Below the pieces are notes generated by a model. The model was not told where the DNA came from and did not search any database. It saw only the letters and a list, made by a program, of their open reading frames with translations. Below are positions 27,331-39,707 of a DNA stretch of 64,000 nucleotides, in pieces. Position 1 is the first letter of the stretch; each line of letters begins with the position of its first letter. Origin of the DNA: Octopus vulgaris. Taxonomy: Eukaryota. The stretch is from positions 51,026,001-51,090,000 of the forward strand of contig OX597823.1 of the NCBI GenBank assembly GCA_951406725.2, written 5' to 3'. The translations under genes and the position numbers were made by a program.

Positions 27331-28078
27331 GAAATAAGATCATTTTCTTATCGATGTATTCGTGGCCGTGGTGGTGATGATGATGATAATGAGGATGATC
27401 GCCATCATCAATATCGTCTTTTTTCCTTTTTGCCTCTCTACTCTCTTCCACCCTTGCTCTCCCTCACACTACACACACACGTGTGTGTGTGTGTGTACAA
27501 ACAAGTACATACATATGTATGCATCTAAGCATTTAATGAAACACCCTTCCCCTTTTTGTTCATTTTGATCCTTTTCCTCACGTTCTGTCAATAACCCTAC
27601 CCTTATCCATCCGCTCGATGTTACACACTTTCTTACGACATACAATATCCGACATATGTCTTTATTAGACATTAGAGGTGGGGGAAGATTATGAACTATT
27701 CTATTGTAGGACCCAAGACAAAGGGGATTGGGGGAGAGTAACAAGAGATGGGGCGATAAAATCTTAGAGTTAGGACGAAAGCAAACATACATACACGTAC
27801 ATATACACATATACATGTAAATTCACACATATCTACGAACACATACACATGAACACACACTCCCGTACACACACACTCACGTACACATGTACATTTTTTT
27901 GCTTCCCTGTAACTTTCGGATCGGCATAAAAGTCCACAGAGTATGTACCACGCTTTAAAACAATAAGTACGGAGGTCAGTTTGTTCGCCCAAAAACCTTG
28001 AAGGCGATACCCGTAACTAGCATGGCTACTGTTCAATGACTGAAGCAAGTAAAAGTTATAAAATATACACGCAACAAA

Positions 28079-28318
28079 AAGGGATGGCAAAGGAATAAAT
28101 GATTAACGTAAGGATTTTATTAGCTCGCAGCTGTTTCTTCTATAAGATGCAGTGGGCTCAATTGTTTTCCAAATAAATTGCACTTCATATTTGTGGCTCT
28201 GATGAAGCTATAAAGTGCTAATCAGGCACTCAGCTATGAGTCCACTGCATCTTATAGCAAAAACAGATGTGAGCTAATGAATTTCATAAGATAACCATTT
28301 ATTCCTTTGTCAACCCTC
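28079..28318. repeat. Fold-back element with ~80-bp inverted arms and a degenerate hammerhead motif
   Basis: AGGGATGGCAAAGGAATAAATG..CTATAAGATGCAGTGGGCTCA pairs with TGAGTCCACTGCATCTTATAG..CATTTATTCCTTTGTCAACCCT; CTGATGA at 28199. Confidence 0.85.
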
Positions 28319-28355
28319 CTTCTTATTACCGCTCTATACTCATCTAACGATAAAG

Positions 28356-28583
28356 CAGCGAGCTGGCAGAAACGTTAGCACGCCGGGCGAAATGCGTAGC
28401 CGTATTTCGTCTGCCGTTACGTTTTGAGTTCAAATCCCGCCGAGGTCGACTTTGCTTTTCATCCTTTCGGGGTCGATCAAATAAGTACCAGTTACGCACT
28501 GGAGTCGATGTAATCGTCTTAATCCCTTTGTCTGTCCTTGTTTGTCCCCTCTATGTTTAGCCCCTTGTGGGCAGTAAAGAAAT
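28356..28583 (+). mobile_element. SINE family A monomer
   Basis: Family A consensus head to tail. Confidence 0.9.
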
Positions 28584-28694
28584 ATATACTCATCTAACGT
28601 TGTTTTCTGGACCATACGAATATCGAGTTCTACGCCAGGTTATTAATCTCGCAATGCCTAAGCGAAATATTGAAATATATATGCGTACATATGT

Positions 28695-29070
28695 AGGCGC
28701 AGGTGTGACAGTGTGGTATGAAGCTTCCTTCTTTTCAACCACATGAACCATGTTCAGTCCCACCACGTGGCACCTTGAGCAAGCATCTTCTATAGCCTGA
28801 AGCCGACCAAAGACTTGTGAGTGGATTTGGTTGATGGAAACTGAAAGAAGCCCGTCGTATATGTGTGTGTGTTTGTGTATGTATGTATGCCTTTGTATCT
28901 GTGTTTGTGCCCAGTCACTGCTCGACAACTGGTGTTGGTGTGTTTACGTCCCCATAACCTAGCAGTTCGGCAAAACAGACAGGTAGAATACGTACCGGGC
29001 TTTGGAAACATAATTAAGTACTGGGATCTATTTAGTCGACTAAAACGTTCCCAGCATGGCCGCAATCTAA
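28695..29070 (+). mobile_element. SINE family B, diverged
   Basis: GGCGCAGGTGTG..CACCTTGAGCAAG..GTGAGTGGATTTGG..GGAAACTGAAAGAAGCCCGTCG..CAGCATGGCCGCA. Confidence 0.8.
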
Positions 29071-29376
29071 TGTCCACGTGTGTACACATATACACAGATG
29101 CACACACACTCCCTCATACACATAAAGACAGAGAAATGGAGGAGAGAATTTGAAGAAACTGATACGTCGAGCCTGAAGTTCCAGCGAAATGGAACTTAAA
29201 TTTCGGTCTGTTCTCAGTATTTAGTTTACTCCACCAGTAAATGCCCCTACTGTAATTTTTAAACTAGCTAAGAAACATTAGACTAATTTAGAATGTAAGA
29301 AGAACGTTTACATATAAAGACAGCCATACGAGAGTGTGTCAGCAAGAGAACGCAGATGCTGTAAAAAGAGATATGG

Positions 29377-29463
29377 AAAGTGAAGTGTAGAGAGAGGCAA
29401 AGTGAAGTGTAGAGAGAGGCAAAGTGAAGTGTAGAGAGAGGCAAAGTGAAGTGTAGAGAGAGG
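29377..29463. repeat. 22-bp minisatellite x4
   Basis: AAAGTGAAGTGTAGAGAGAGGC repeated four times. Confidence 0.95.
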
Positions 29464-31801
29464 TAAAGAGAGTGAGCGAATGAGTAAGTGAGTGAAAGAA
29501 AGGAAGAGAGCGGGCAAAGAAGGACAGAGATGAGAATAGATAGACAGTTAGATAGTGAGAGAACAAGAGAGAGAGATTAGCTGATAGGCTTAACTGAAAC
29601 AAAGCCTGAAAATACTGAGAGACAAAGACAAAATGGCTGCCTATGGACATATAGATGTGCAGAGCTATAATGACAAAGACAAATCAGCTGTTTTTGTTGT
29701 GGTTTAACCTCAAGTAACCCTGATCGAGCAGCGTTGCAATCAAAGGTTTCCAACTGTGACTATCTATTTCCTTTTCTTTTTATCGTTTTTTATTGGTTTT
29801 TCTCTTTTTTTTTGTTTCACTCGTAACTCAATGTAACGTTTATTGTTCCGTATTTTTTTCCCCTTTAAAACGGTAATGGTACACTGTGAGGAAGATTCTG
29901 TAAAGCAGCGATGGTGAAAACTTTGAGCTCGACGTTTCGAATTTTAATTGTTTAAAGAATCACATGTATTTTGAATTAAAATAAAATTTTATATAGATAC
30001 TATGGTGGATGCAGGTATAACTGAATGGTTTCGAAATTCACTTCGTAGCGATGAGATGCCGGTTTCAAAAACTTACGTTGCGCAAGTGCATTTATCATTG
30101 TCTCCGGTCGACACAGTCCTTCTGTGGGAATTGAGTAGACAGTAACCCCATAGAAACCCGTCGGATGGACTGTACCTATGATTCAAGGATTCTGTCAGGT
30201 TACATTGTGTCACATTTATTTATGTTTCAGAATTACATTTAAGGGTACAGGTGTCTGTAAAATATTGAGGCATCTTGTACGTTTATGTGAAGGGGCTTAG
30301 TGGTTAGGGGTATTTGACTCACGATCGTCAGGTCGTGTGTTAGATTACTAGCCGTATGTTGTGTTCTTGAGCTATGTTATGTTCTTAGCGGTATTTAATC
30401 CGTCTTTGCGTTCTGAGTTCAAATTCCGCTGAAGTCGACTTTATCATTCATCCTTTCGGTGTCGATAAAATAGTACCAGTTGATCACTGGGGCGGTCGAT
30501 GTAATCGACTTAGCACCCCTCCACCGAGATTACTGGCCTTGTGTCAAAGTTTGATAGTAGTAACAGTAGTAGCAGTAGCTGTTATTGCGGCTGCTGCTTC
30601 ACGGCAATATTTTGGGTTCATAATGGAATGAAAAGAGGAAGTTGTGAGAAATAATTTTTTGTAGGTGCTGTTCCAACAGCCATCTGCACTCTCCAAGTGT
30701 AACACCAACTTATTTTCTTACACACACACGCACAGCTAAACAACAAAAAAAAAAGAGAAAAAATTAATAACAAATGAAAACTAAATTCCGCCCCGAGAAA
30801 CAAAAGAAGGCCGGAAATGACCAGCTCCTCAAAATCCTGGACAAATAGCACTAAATAGTAGTCAAAACACCTGCAAATCCAACCAGCTTAGTTTTTCTGA
30901 CAGAGAGGGAGATAGAAGGGGAGAGAGAGAGAGATGGTGGGATAGACGGGAGGGAGAGAGAGGAGCAGGGAAAGAGAGAGGGAGTGCGTGTGATTTTCTT
31001 TCTAAAAATATGAGCATTCATTTTTAATACACACCTCTATACCAGTATGTATAAAGTATTATCTTCTTTCCTTACACATCTCTCCTTATGCACTGTGTAT
31101 TTTAGATTGGATCCATGTAAATTCATATACATGCATACATAATACATACATACATACATGCATACATACATGCATACATACACATGCGTGTGCACTCCAA
31201 CTACACGCATGTATATATGTGTGTGTATGTTTGTATGCTTGTATGTACGAATATATATGTATAATGTATATATCACGTGATCACGTGACTGACAAGACCA
31301 TCAGATGTTGTTACACATCGCTGGTCACAATGCGTTCGCATTGTTTTAGCCTTCGAATGACACCACCCCGCTGGGTAAGCGAGCAGGCCAACAGAAGAAA
31401 GGGTGGGAGAAAGAGTGATGAAAGAGTACAGCAGGGATCACCACCCCTTGCCGGAGCCTCGTGGAGGCTAATGGGTATAATGTATATATATATATATATA
31501 TGCATGAATATATATGCATAATATATATATGTAAGAATATATAATGTATAATATATATATGTTATTTAGAGATAGAAGTCCCCATGCAATTCATCAAATC
31601 CTAATATACATCACACCATATAATAGAAATTTATTTTAATACTTACTAATCATTTCTAAATTTCTCTGCTACACGTGTTTCATGATGTGCGTTTAACGTT
31701 CCTTATACACGCAGTCTTTTACAGGAAAGCAACCCCAATCGTCAGGACTCTTGATAACTTTATTATAATTCAATGCCAATTTCTATATTTTAATATTTTA
31801 A

Positions 31802-31867
31802 CAAGCAATAATAAATCTCTGAACGAGATGTAAACAGTAATCTCGTTCAGAGATTTATTATTGCTTG
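31802..31867. repeat. Perfect 28-bp inverted repeat with 10-nt loop
   Basis: CAAGCAATAATAAATCTCTGAACGAGAT-GTAAACAGTA-ATCTCGTTCAGAGATTTATTATTGCTTG. Confidence 0.95.
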
Positions 31868-32642
31868 CAGACAGCTTTTCGAAATCAGTGACGGAAGTTA
31901 CTAGAAAAACAATAAATAAGTATTTGCAAACGGTCACCCTTCATCGAAAACCGGTGATTGCCGTACGCCGAAGACAGGCAAATACCTAGAAACTGCAGTT
32001 CGTGCGTATCACTTAGGTTGACGAGAGAGGGATGACCTCCCTTTGCAAATACCATAAGGGCACAGAAAGTGTGGTGCCTAAAGCCAGCTGGAGACGATGA
32101 TCTCCTGGGGCTAAAAGCTACAGTAACACCCACCCTTAGTGGTTAGCCATATTGAGATGGCTAGTATACTTTACAATATTTTAACAGTTACGAATGTAAT
32201 CAACAAACAAATATGCGTATGTGAAAATATATTCGCCGAACTTTGCGGTGCAAGCCATAATTTAACTGGTTAAAAATTTAAAGTTTACAAAACTAAATTC
32301 AAACGTGACTTATGCTTATAAACATGCATATAAATTAATAATATCTAGGAATGAAAATTATAATATATAAAAATGATGCTATAATAATGAAAAGACTTTA
32401 TAATACAGTAATGATAAAATAAATAATGACAAAGAAATATATATTCGAATAAAAACTATAGTTAAATGCGGACGTAAACAAATGTGGATGAATGACAAAA
32501 TGCAAAAAGATATATAAACGAAATCTACGGAGAAAAAAAAAACGGGGAGTTAGATAATAAGGTACTAAAAGAGAACGACTCTCCCCAGTTATAATAAAAT
32601 ATGCTTCAACACACGAACTCACATCTTGCAAACCAAATCCCT

Positions 32643-32865
32643 AAACGAAATATATATACATATATATACGTATATACGTATATATGTATATATATATATA
32701 TATATACGTATATAAATAAATGAAAGAATGGAGTCGAACGAAGATGTTAACAAATCCCCAAACGAAATATATATACATATATATACGTATATACGTATAT
32801 ATGTATATATATATACGTATATAAATAAATGAAAGAATGGAGTCGAACGAAGATATTAACAAAAT
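32643..32865. repeat. Tandem duplication of ~110-117 bp
   Basis: AAACGAAATATATATACAT..TAAATAAATGAAAGAATGGAGTCGAACGAAGATRTTAACAAA occurs twice. Confidence 0.9.
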
Positions 32866-32989
32866 TCGCTTCAACCGTGTTTTTTGACGTAAATTTGCTA
32901 CCCAGGTTTCGGTTACACGAATTTTCCATGCTGACGATAAACATAGGATAATTCATTCACCTACTTAAATATATACGTATATATGTATG

Positions 32990-33068
<79 letters not shown>

Positions 33069-33479
33069 GCCTATGTAGTATATAATATATGCCTGTGTAT
33101 TATATATATATATCTCTTATTATAAAAGGCAGATTTTATCTGCCTCCCTTTGGGAGTTATACAAATCTACAATATAGGATTTCTTCAATTACAATTTACC
33201 TGGCATTTCTAAGAGTACAATGCATCGCGTCATGCCAGGTCCAGTTTTTTAAATTTAAACTCCAATTAAGCAAAATTTACAGAAAACTCACATTCTGGTG
33301 TGTGTGTCAAATGTTTTTCTTAATGTGGTTTACACCACACGCAAACGCACACACACACAAAGGGAGCGAATTGTTTCACTGACGCTATCACCCTTCTCCT
33401 CCTTTGTCTTTGCAAGTTGGCAGCTATTAAAGTGAAAACAGTGAATCCGACAGCGATTAAGAACACGAATTAGCACCTG

Positions 33480-33765
33480 AATGGAGTGAAAATTTAAAAA
33501 CTGTTTCTTTCGGTGATTTTTCTGAAGAAACTGCACCAAGCCACAGACTTTCCCAGAAGAGTAAAGCCTTAGACTATTTCTATTTACTTTTTAGAATGAG
33601 CCCATTTAAAATCATTACGGCAGAAACGAAACGTTACGCTAAACGTAAACAAAACGAAAGAAACGATAGTTTGTTATTTCCCACAACCTTAAATGAAATT
33701 AAGGCCTATTTTGCCATAAATAATATTATGGGTATCAGAAAGTTACCCAGAATAACAAATTCTAT
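33480..33765 (+). pseudogene. piggyBac-family transposase fragment
   Basis: In-frame EWSENLKTVSFGDFSEETAP..KALDYFYLLF..IITAETKRYAK..FPTTLNEIKAYFAINNIMGIRKLPRI matches the piggyBac pattern F.LFF..I..ETN.YA..T..EI.AF.G..I.MG..KLP. Confidence 0.75.
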
Positions 33766-34895
33766 CGTAAAATTTCGTTGTATACCCAATTGAATATTAG
33801 CTAATAACCCATTTTCTATAGCGATGTTTGAACAAAATTTTAATAATTTTACAGAAAGTTACCCAGAAAAACAAATTCTATCGTAAAATTTTGTGGTATA
33901 CCCAATTGAATATTAGCTAATAACCCATTTTCTATAGCGATGTTTGAACAAAATTTTAATAATTTTACAGAAAGTTACCCAGAATAACAAATTCTATCGT
34001 AAAATTTTGTGGTATACCCAATTGAATATTAGCTAATAACCCATTTTCTATAGCGATGTTTGAACAAAATTTTAATAATTTTACAGAAAGTTACCCAGAA
34101 TAACAAATTCTATTGTAAAATTTTGTTGTATACCCAATTGAATATTAGCTAATAACCCATTTTCTATAGCGATATTTGAACAAAATTTTAATAATTTTAC
34201 AGAAAGTTACCCAGAAAAACAAATTCTATCGTAAAATTTTGTGGTATACCCAATTGAATATTAGCTAATAACCCATTTTCTATAGCGATGTTTGAACAAA
34301 ATTTTAATAATTTTACAGAAAGTTACCCAGAATAACAAATTCTATCGTAAAATTTTGTGGTATACCCAATTGAATATTAGCTAATAACCCATTTTCTATA
34401 GCGATGTTTGAACAAAATTTTAATAATTTTACAGAAAGTTACCCAGAATAACAAATTCTATTGTAAAATTTTGTTGTATACCCAATTGAATATTAGCTAA
34501 TAACCCATTTTCTATAGCGATGTTTGAACAAAATTTTAATAATTTTACAGAAAGTTACCCAGAAAAACAAATTCTATCGTAAAATTTTGTGGTATACCCA
34601 ATTGAATATTAGCTAATAACCCATTTTCTATAGCGATGTTTGAACAAAATTTTAATAATTTTACAGAAAGTTACCCAGAATAACAAATTCTATCGTAAAA
34701 TTTTGTGGTATACCCAATTGAATATTAGCTAATAACCCATTTTCTATAGCGATGTTTGAACAAAATTTTAATAATTTTACAGAAAGTTACCCAGAATAAC
34801 AAATTCTATCGTAAAATTTTGTGGTATACCCAATTGAATATTAGCTAATAACCCATTTTCTATAGCGATGTTTGAACAAAATTTTAATAATTTTA
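33736..34895. repeat. 116-bp tandem satellite, 10 copies
   Basis: CAGAAAGTTACCCAG starts at 33736, 33852, 33968, 34084, 34200, 34316, 34432, 34548, 34664, 34780; copies differ at only 3-5 positions. Confidence 0.98.
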
Positions 34896-36847
34896 TATAT
34901 TGTTGAATTTACCTGTATCTACCTGCAATTAGAGTCACTTTGTGACAAAAATTATAGTATAGAATTGGTTGAGGACATTTCATTAAATTATCTTCCAAAA
35001 ATCACATTAATATATTGATAAATAAAAAAGTTATAGTTGTTTAATGAAACCAGACTAAATTTATGATTACGTTAGAAATTAATTGAAACACATAAGGGGT
35101 GTATTTTGGTCAGAAATATAGTAACGAAAGGATTAAGAAAAACCAAAAAATATTTTATTCTTTATAAATGTTGTATTCAAAATAACATTTTCTTTTAAGA
35201 ATGCGTATATAACAAAGTATGTGTATATAACTACGTGGCTTATATCTTTATATATAAGAGTGAAGTTGTGTGTCTGTCTCCTACGATTTAGATTCCTAAC
35301 TACTCCCACATTTTGCGGTGCAGTGTAACCAAAACCGGGTATCTTATAGTCGTGATTCATATCGAGCCCTTCTGGGTATTAGCGCGCGTCTACGATGAGT
35401 CTACGATTTAAAAAAATTTACCATCATATTTTTCCATTTTAATGCATTTTTTTCGCTATTATATAAGGGAAGTAACTCTCTAAAAATATCTACGATGTGT
35501 CAACGATTTAAAAAGAAATTTACCTTAATTTTTTTTCCATTTTTTATGCATTTTTTTGCTATTTTTTGGCTATAACTCTCTAAAAATGCTTATATAGTTA
35601 TTTCCCTTACAAACCCGAGCAACGCCGGGCGATACTGCTAGTATATATATATATATTGTATATATGTGTGTGAGTAGGTATGTTTGTATATTTGTGTGTA
35701 TTTGCATGTGTATGTATGTATCTACAGTCAGGTGAGTAAGTTAGAAAGAGAAAGAGGGAGATGAGGCGAAAAAGAGAGAATAATGAGAACGAATGAAAAT
35801 TTGTTAGGGTAGTGGTAGATGGTAATCATAGATGAATAGGTGTCTGCATGTCTGGATGGATGGATGGATGAATGGATGGCTGGATGGATGGATAGATGGA
35901 TGGATGTGTGGATATGTGGGTGGATGACTGAAAGGGTAGCTGGATGGAAAAATTGCGAGAAAGACAGACATAATGCAGGTAAGTGATAGAAACAGATGCA
36001 TAGATAAATAAAAATATTGGTTTGCGTGAAATGGCGTTTGGTTTGATGCGAGAGAAAAGGAATAAGAAGGTAAGAGAAGGAGAAAGAGAAAGAGCGAGAG
36101 AAGAAGTGAATGATAGAGCTAATGTGTATGAGTGTGTGAGATAAATAGAGAGAGGGAGAGGGGGAGAGAGGTAGAGAGAGACAGAAGGAGAGGGAAAGAG
36201 AGGTCACAGACATTAAAGGTGCCGAAAAGAAAGAGAAATGTTTGTGGACGAAATGTTAATAGAAATGATTAAAAAAGGATTTATCATTAAAATGTCTAGG
36301 ATTTGATATCTTTTGGATTTTCACTGAACCGAGATTACAGATTATTGAGTAACGCCATCTAACGGCTGTCGTTGTAATTATATTAGCTGCGATAGTTAAA
36401 ATTCAGCTTACTGTCGTAGTAGTTAATTAGTTTGTTGCTACCAAAGATGTATACTGCTACTAGGCGAATCATTAACTGAGTGCTGACAGATGCGGTTGGT
36501 TGTGGCATTATTTCCCGCTGTTTTTGTTTCTGTTATTGCTATTTATTTGTTGTTGATTTAGTTGTTTAGCCCCAGGTCAGCCATGAGCCACAATGCAACA
36601 TGTCTATGATAAAACACTTTCCAATTACAATTATCGCACTGCTTTATTGTTATTATATTTTATGTTTTTCTTGTTTCAGTCATTAGGCTGCGGTCTTGCT
36701 GGGGTACCACCTTGAAGGATTTTAGAGCGTTTTTTCCCCCTTCAGGCGTGGTACTTGTTCTATTGGTCTTTAGCCAAACCGCTAGGTTACCGGGACCTAA
36801 TCACACCAACAACGACTGTCAAGCAGTGATGGGGACAGACACTGACA

Positions 36848-36910
<63 letters not shown>

Positions 36911-36936
36911 GCACACGCACACACACACAGATAATA

Positions 36937-37079
36937 TGTAAATGTGTTATATGTGACAATTATTCGGTAGGCATGATAAAACTCCGAGTTTCGGATGGCG
37001 GCGTGGATATCCACCTTGGCATCCGAAACTCTGAGTTTTATCATGGCTACGGAATAATTGTCACATACTACATTTACAG
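36937..37079. repeat. ~140-bp near-perfect palindrome (MITE-like fold-back)
   Basis: TGTAAATGT..ATGTGACAATTATTCGGTAGGCATGATAAAACTCCGAGTTTCGGATG..GTGGATATCCAC..CATCCGAAACTCTGAGTTTTATCATGGCTACGGAATAATTGTCACAT..ACATTTACA. Confidence 0.9.
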
Positions 37080-37146
37080 ATAAATTCCCCTATTTACATA
37101 ATATGGAGGTCTCTTTCTTTCTTTTGTTGTCTTACAATTTTTATCA

Positions 37147-37180
<34 letters not shown>

Positions 37181-37182
<2 letters not shown>

Positions 37183-38492
37183 TTTTTTTCTAGTTTCAGC
37201 TCAGAGCTGCGGCCATGCTGATGCACCGCCGTTTTTTGCTACACTGTTATTGCGACGAACCTCGTCTAATATGTGGCACTTGGTGAAGAATGGAGTTTGA
37301 TACAGCTACTCTCATTTGCACGTCTTGCCGTGAGGTAGGTTCATCTGGGACTCTTGACAGGAAGATGTCCAGCTTTGATTTAAAAACCGCTACATCTACT
37401 TTGTGCAAGTTCCTCAGACTCTTTGGGAGAATATTAAAAAGCTGTGGGCCCTTTAAACCTACGCTGTTGCAGAAGCTGGTCCTGAAGCGTGATGGCATTG
37501 CTGGGATCTTTGGCACTATGCAGTGTCGTCCCGTTCTAGCATTGGTGTAGCTTACAATGCCAACATTTGGCACAATTCCTTCCAGGATCTTCCAGACATA
37601 TATAACTGCATACCTCTCCCGTCTTCTCTCCAGGGAGTAGAGTCTTAGCTGTTTCAACCTTTCCCAGTAGCTGAGCTGTTGCAAAGAGACGATCTTCTTT
37701 GTGAATCTTCTCTGGATTGCTTCAAGGTCCGCTGTTAATTTTACACTGGTGGGTGACCATAGCTGTGAGAAGTAATCCAGGCGACTGAGGACGAATGTCC
37801 ACCAGAGGACCATCATCGTTTCCTTATCTCTGGTTCTGAATGTTGTTAGGATCCACCCAGCCAATCGTCTGCAGTTTGTCGCCATCCTGGTAATGTGCAC
37901 TTGGAAAGAGGTATCATCACTCATGTCGATACCCAGGTCCCTCACAGACTTAGGCTCTGGGATTGAAATTCCCTGTGGACAGGTGTATCCTGTAAGTTTA
38001 ATATTCAGTTTTGGTTGCTGGTAGCGCAGGGCCTGGAATTTTTCAGCATTAAACTGCATATTATTATCCTCAGCCCATCTGTAGATTGAGTCCAACTCCT
38101 GCTGCAGGTGTGCAACATCGCTGGGGTTCTGTATTTTCTGCGAGACTTTCGTATCGTCTGCATAGCTGGCCAGAGTGGCTATCCGGGCATTTGAGAGCAT
38201 GTCTGAGAGGGCCACTATAAAAAGCAGTGGTCCCAAGACAGTGCCCTGTGGAACACCGTTCACTATTTGTGTGTTCATAGAGGTGGCTCCATTAACCACT
38301 ACTGCCTGACTCCTATCTTTCAGGAAGTCATGCAACCACACTCCAAGTTTTCCAGCTATGCCGATTCACGTAGTTTGTGGCATATCATACCATGATCCAC
38401 CTTGTCAAAAGCTTTTGAAAAATCAAGGTAGATTACGTCCACATTTGATTTTTTGAGTAACTGCCTCAACACCCAGTCATAATGCTGTAAGA
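37181..38492 (-). mobile_element. 5'-truncated CR1/L2-group (APE-type) LINE: RT C-terminal half + short 3' UTR
   Basis: DVIYLDFSKAFDKVDH (38356-38492), frameshift, then ORF 37247-38341 with GVPQGTVLGPLLF, YADDTK, NNMQFNAEK, RDLG, LEAIQRRFTK, YWERLKQLRLYSLERRRER. 3' UTR has a hairpin and A tail. Confidence 0.93.
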
Positions 38493-39625
38493 TTATGCTG
38501 ACTCTTTCGCCACAACTTTCCCTCACTCTTTCTTCATGCATATTGCAGCTCATCTGCGACAGACCGGCGTCCCGCCCAGGTAGGGAACCTATACGGCAAG
38601 GTAACCGGGAAACCGGCCCTTACGAGCCAGGCATGGCTTGAGAAGGAACAAATAATGACTAGCATTAGGATGAATAATGCTGCTGATGATAATGATGATG
38701 ACGACGACGACGTTAATGATGACAACGACGATGATGAGTATATGGGTAAGGATGTTGATAATGACGATGAAGACACGTTAAACAGCTTGTAAACATAGTT
38801 ATCATCATCATCTCCATATATAATATGAAATAGGAAAATCATTTAAACGAAGAAAAATGCTGTAAGCTTATTGGAGGTGATCGTATTGATTGAAGATTGC
38901 TCTTACATGATTAATGTCCTCCTTTTGGTAAACGGGCTTTTACAGACTGCTTTTCGATGTCCCCATTGGCGGCGTCATACTTATCTTACATATAAATGAT
39001 ACCTAAGACAATTAACACCTTGATACCCTATTAAAATGAAAATAATTTTTGGAAATAATTTTTGGAAAAAACTTTTTAAAAAATCTCTGAATAACTCTTG
39101 CAAGGGGAAATTACTCCCCTTAGGCGATCGGTCGGTTTTCTAGAAGCAAACGCTGGAATTATATACCCTCTTGATTCTTTGACGATGATAATTTTAGACA
39201 AGCAGGCCACAGACGGACACACGAACACAGAATTATTTCAGCCGCCTGACAGGCTTTTTTCAGCAGTGCTCATTATCTAGCGCCCCTCGACAACATACGG
39301 CGGCGCACACATAGGCTAGTATACACTAACATGCTTTTAGGTAGGTATTGTCTCGCACCTAAAAAATACACCCTGTATTCTTAAAATATTCAGAACATTA
39401 GCTTTGGTCACACAGAACATCTCCACACCCCTTGTTCTCATTAATTCCTCACCTACTAGATTTGACCGCGGCCTGACCTGGATTTATTCCAACGGACCTT
39501 TGTCGGCCCCCATTGATAAACGTACATTGATAAACATTTTACCCATGGGCTCTTAAGGAGCGTCCTCGTTCGAATTGCTTTGCTGCGCCTTTGTTTTGTT
39601 TTGTTCTGACAACGTAATTCCTGGT

Positions 39626-39707
39626 TTTTCCTGAAGAGAAAGCTGCAATATGGTATCCTTATTTAATCAGAATTTGGAAAATTGTGGCCTTTGAAACATG
39701 TGTAGAA
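39626..39707 (+). ncRNA. Degenerate minimal hammerhead-like motif
   Basis: UUC-CUGAAGA-[GAAAGCUGCAAU...AUUGUGGCCUUU]-GAAA-C-AUGU-G-UA-GAA; good stem II, short stem I. Confidence 0.45.

Larger units (their letters stand above)
33113..35641 (+). mobile_element. Composite non-autonomous Helitron-like element
   Basis: A|TC starts at 33113 (TCTCTTATTATAAAAG) and 35245 (TCTTTATATATAAGAG). 3' hairpin CCCG-AGCAACGC-CGGG (35614-35629), then CTAG|T (35638-35642). Inserted in (AT)n. The 35245-35641 part is the more certain. Confidence 0.7.

Noticed and set aside
31272-31290. Tandem E-box palindrome TCACGTGATCACGTGA
   Set aside because: It appears to be the end of a dispersed repeat (related sequence at 38498-38535); no evidence of regulatory function.
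33736-34895. Regular array resembling a CRISPR locus
   Set aside because: Units are contiguous 116-bp near-identical repeats with no unique spacers, there are no cas genes, and the context is eukaryotic.
37290-37550. 86-aa plus-strand ORF
   Set aside because: Antisense shadow of the LINE RT.
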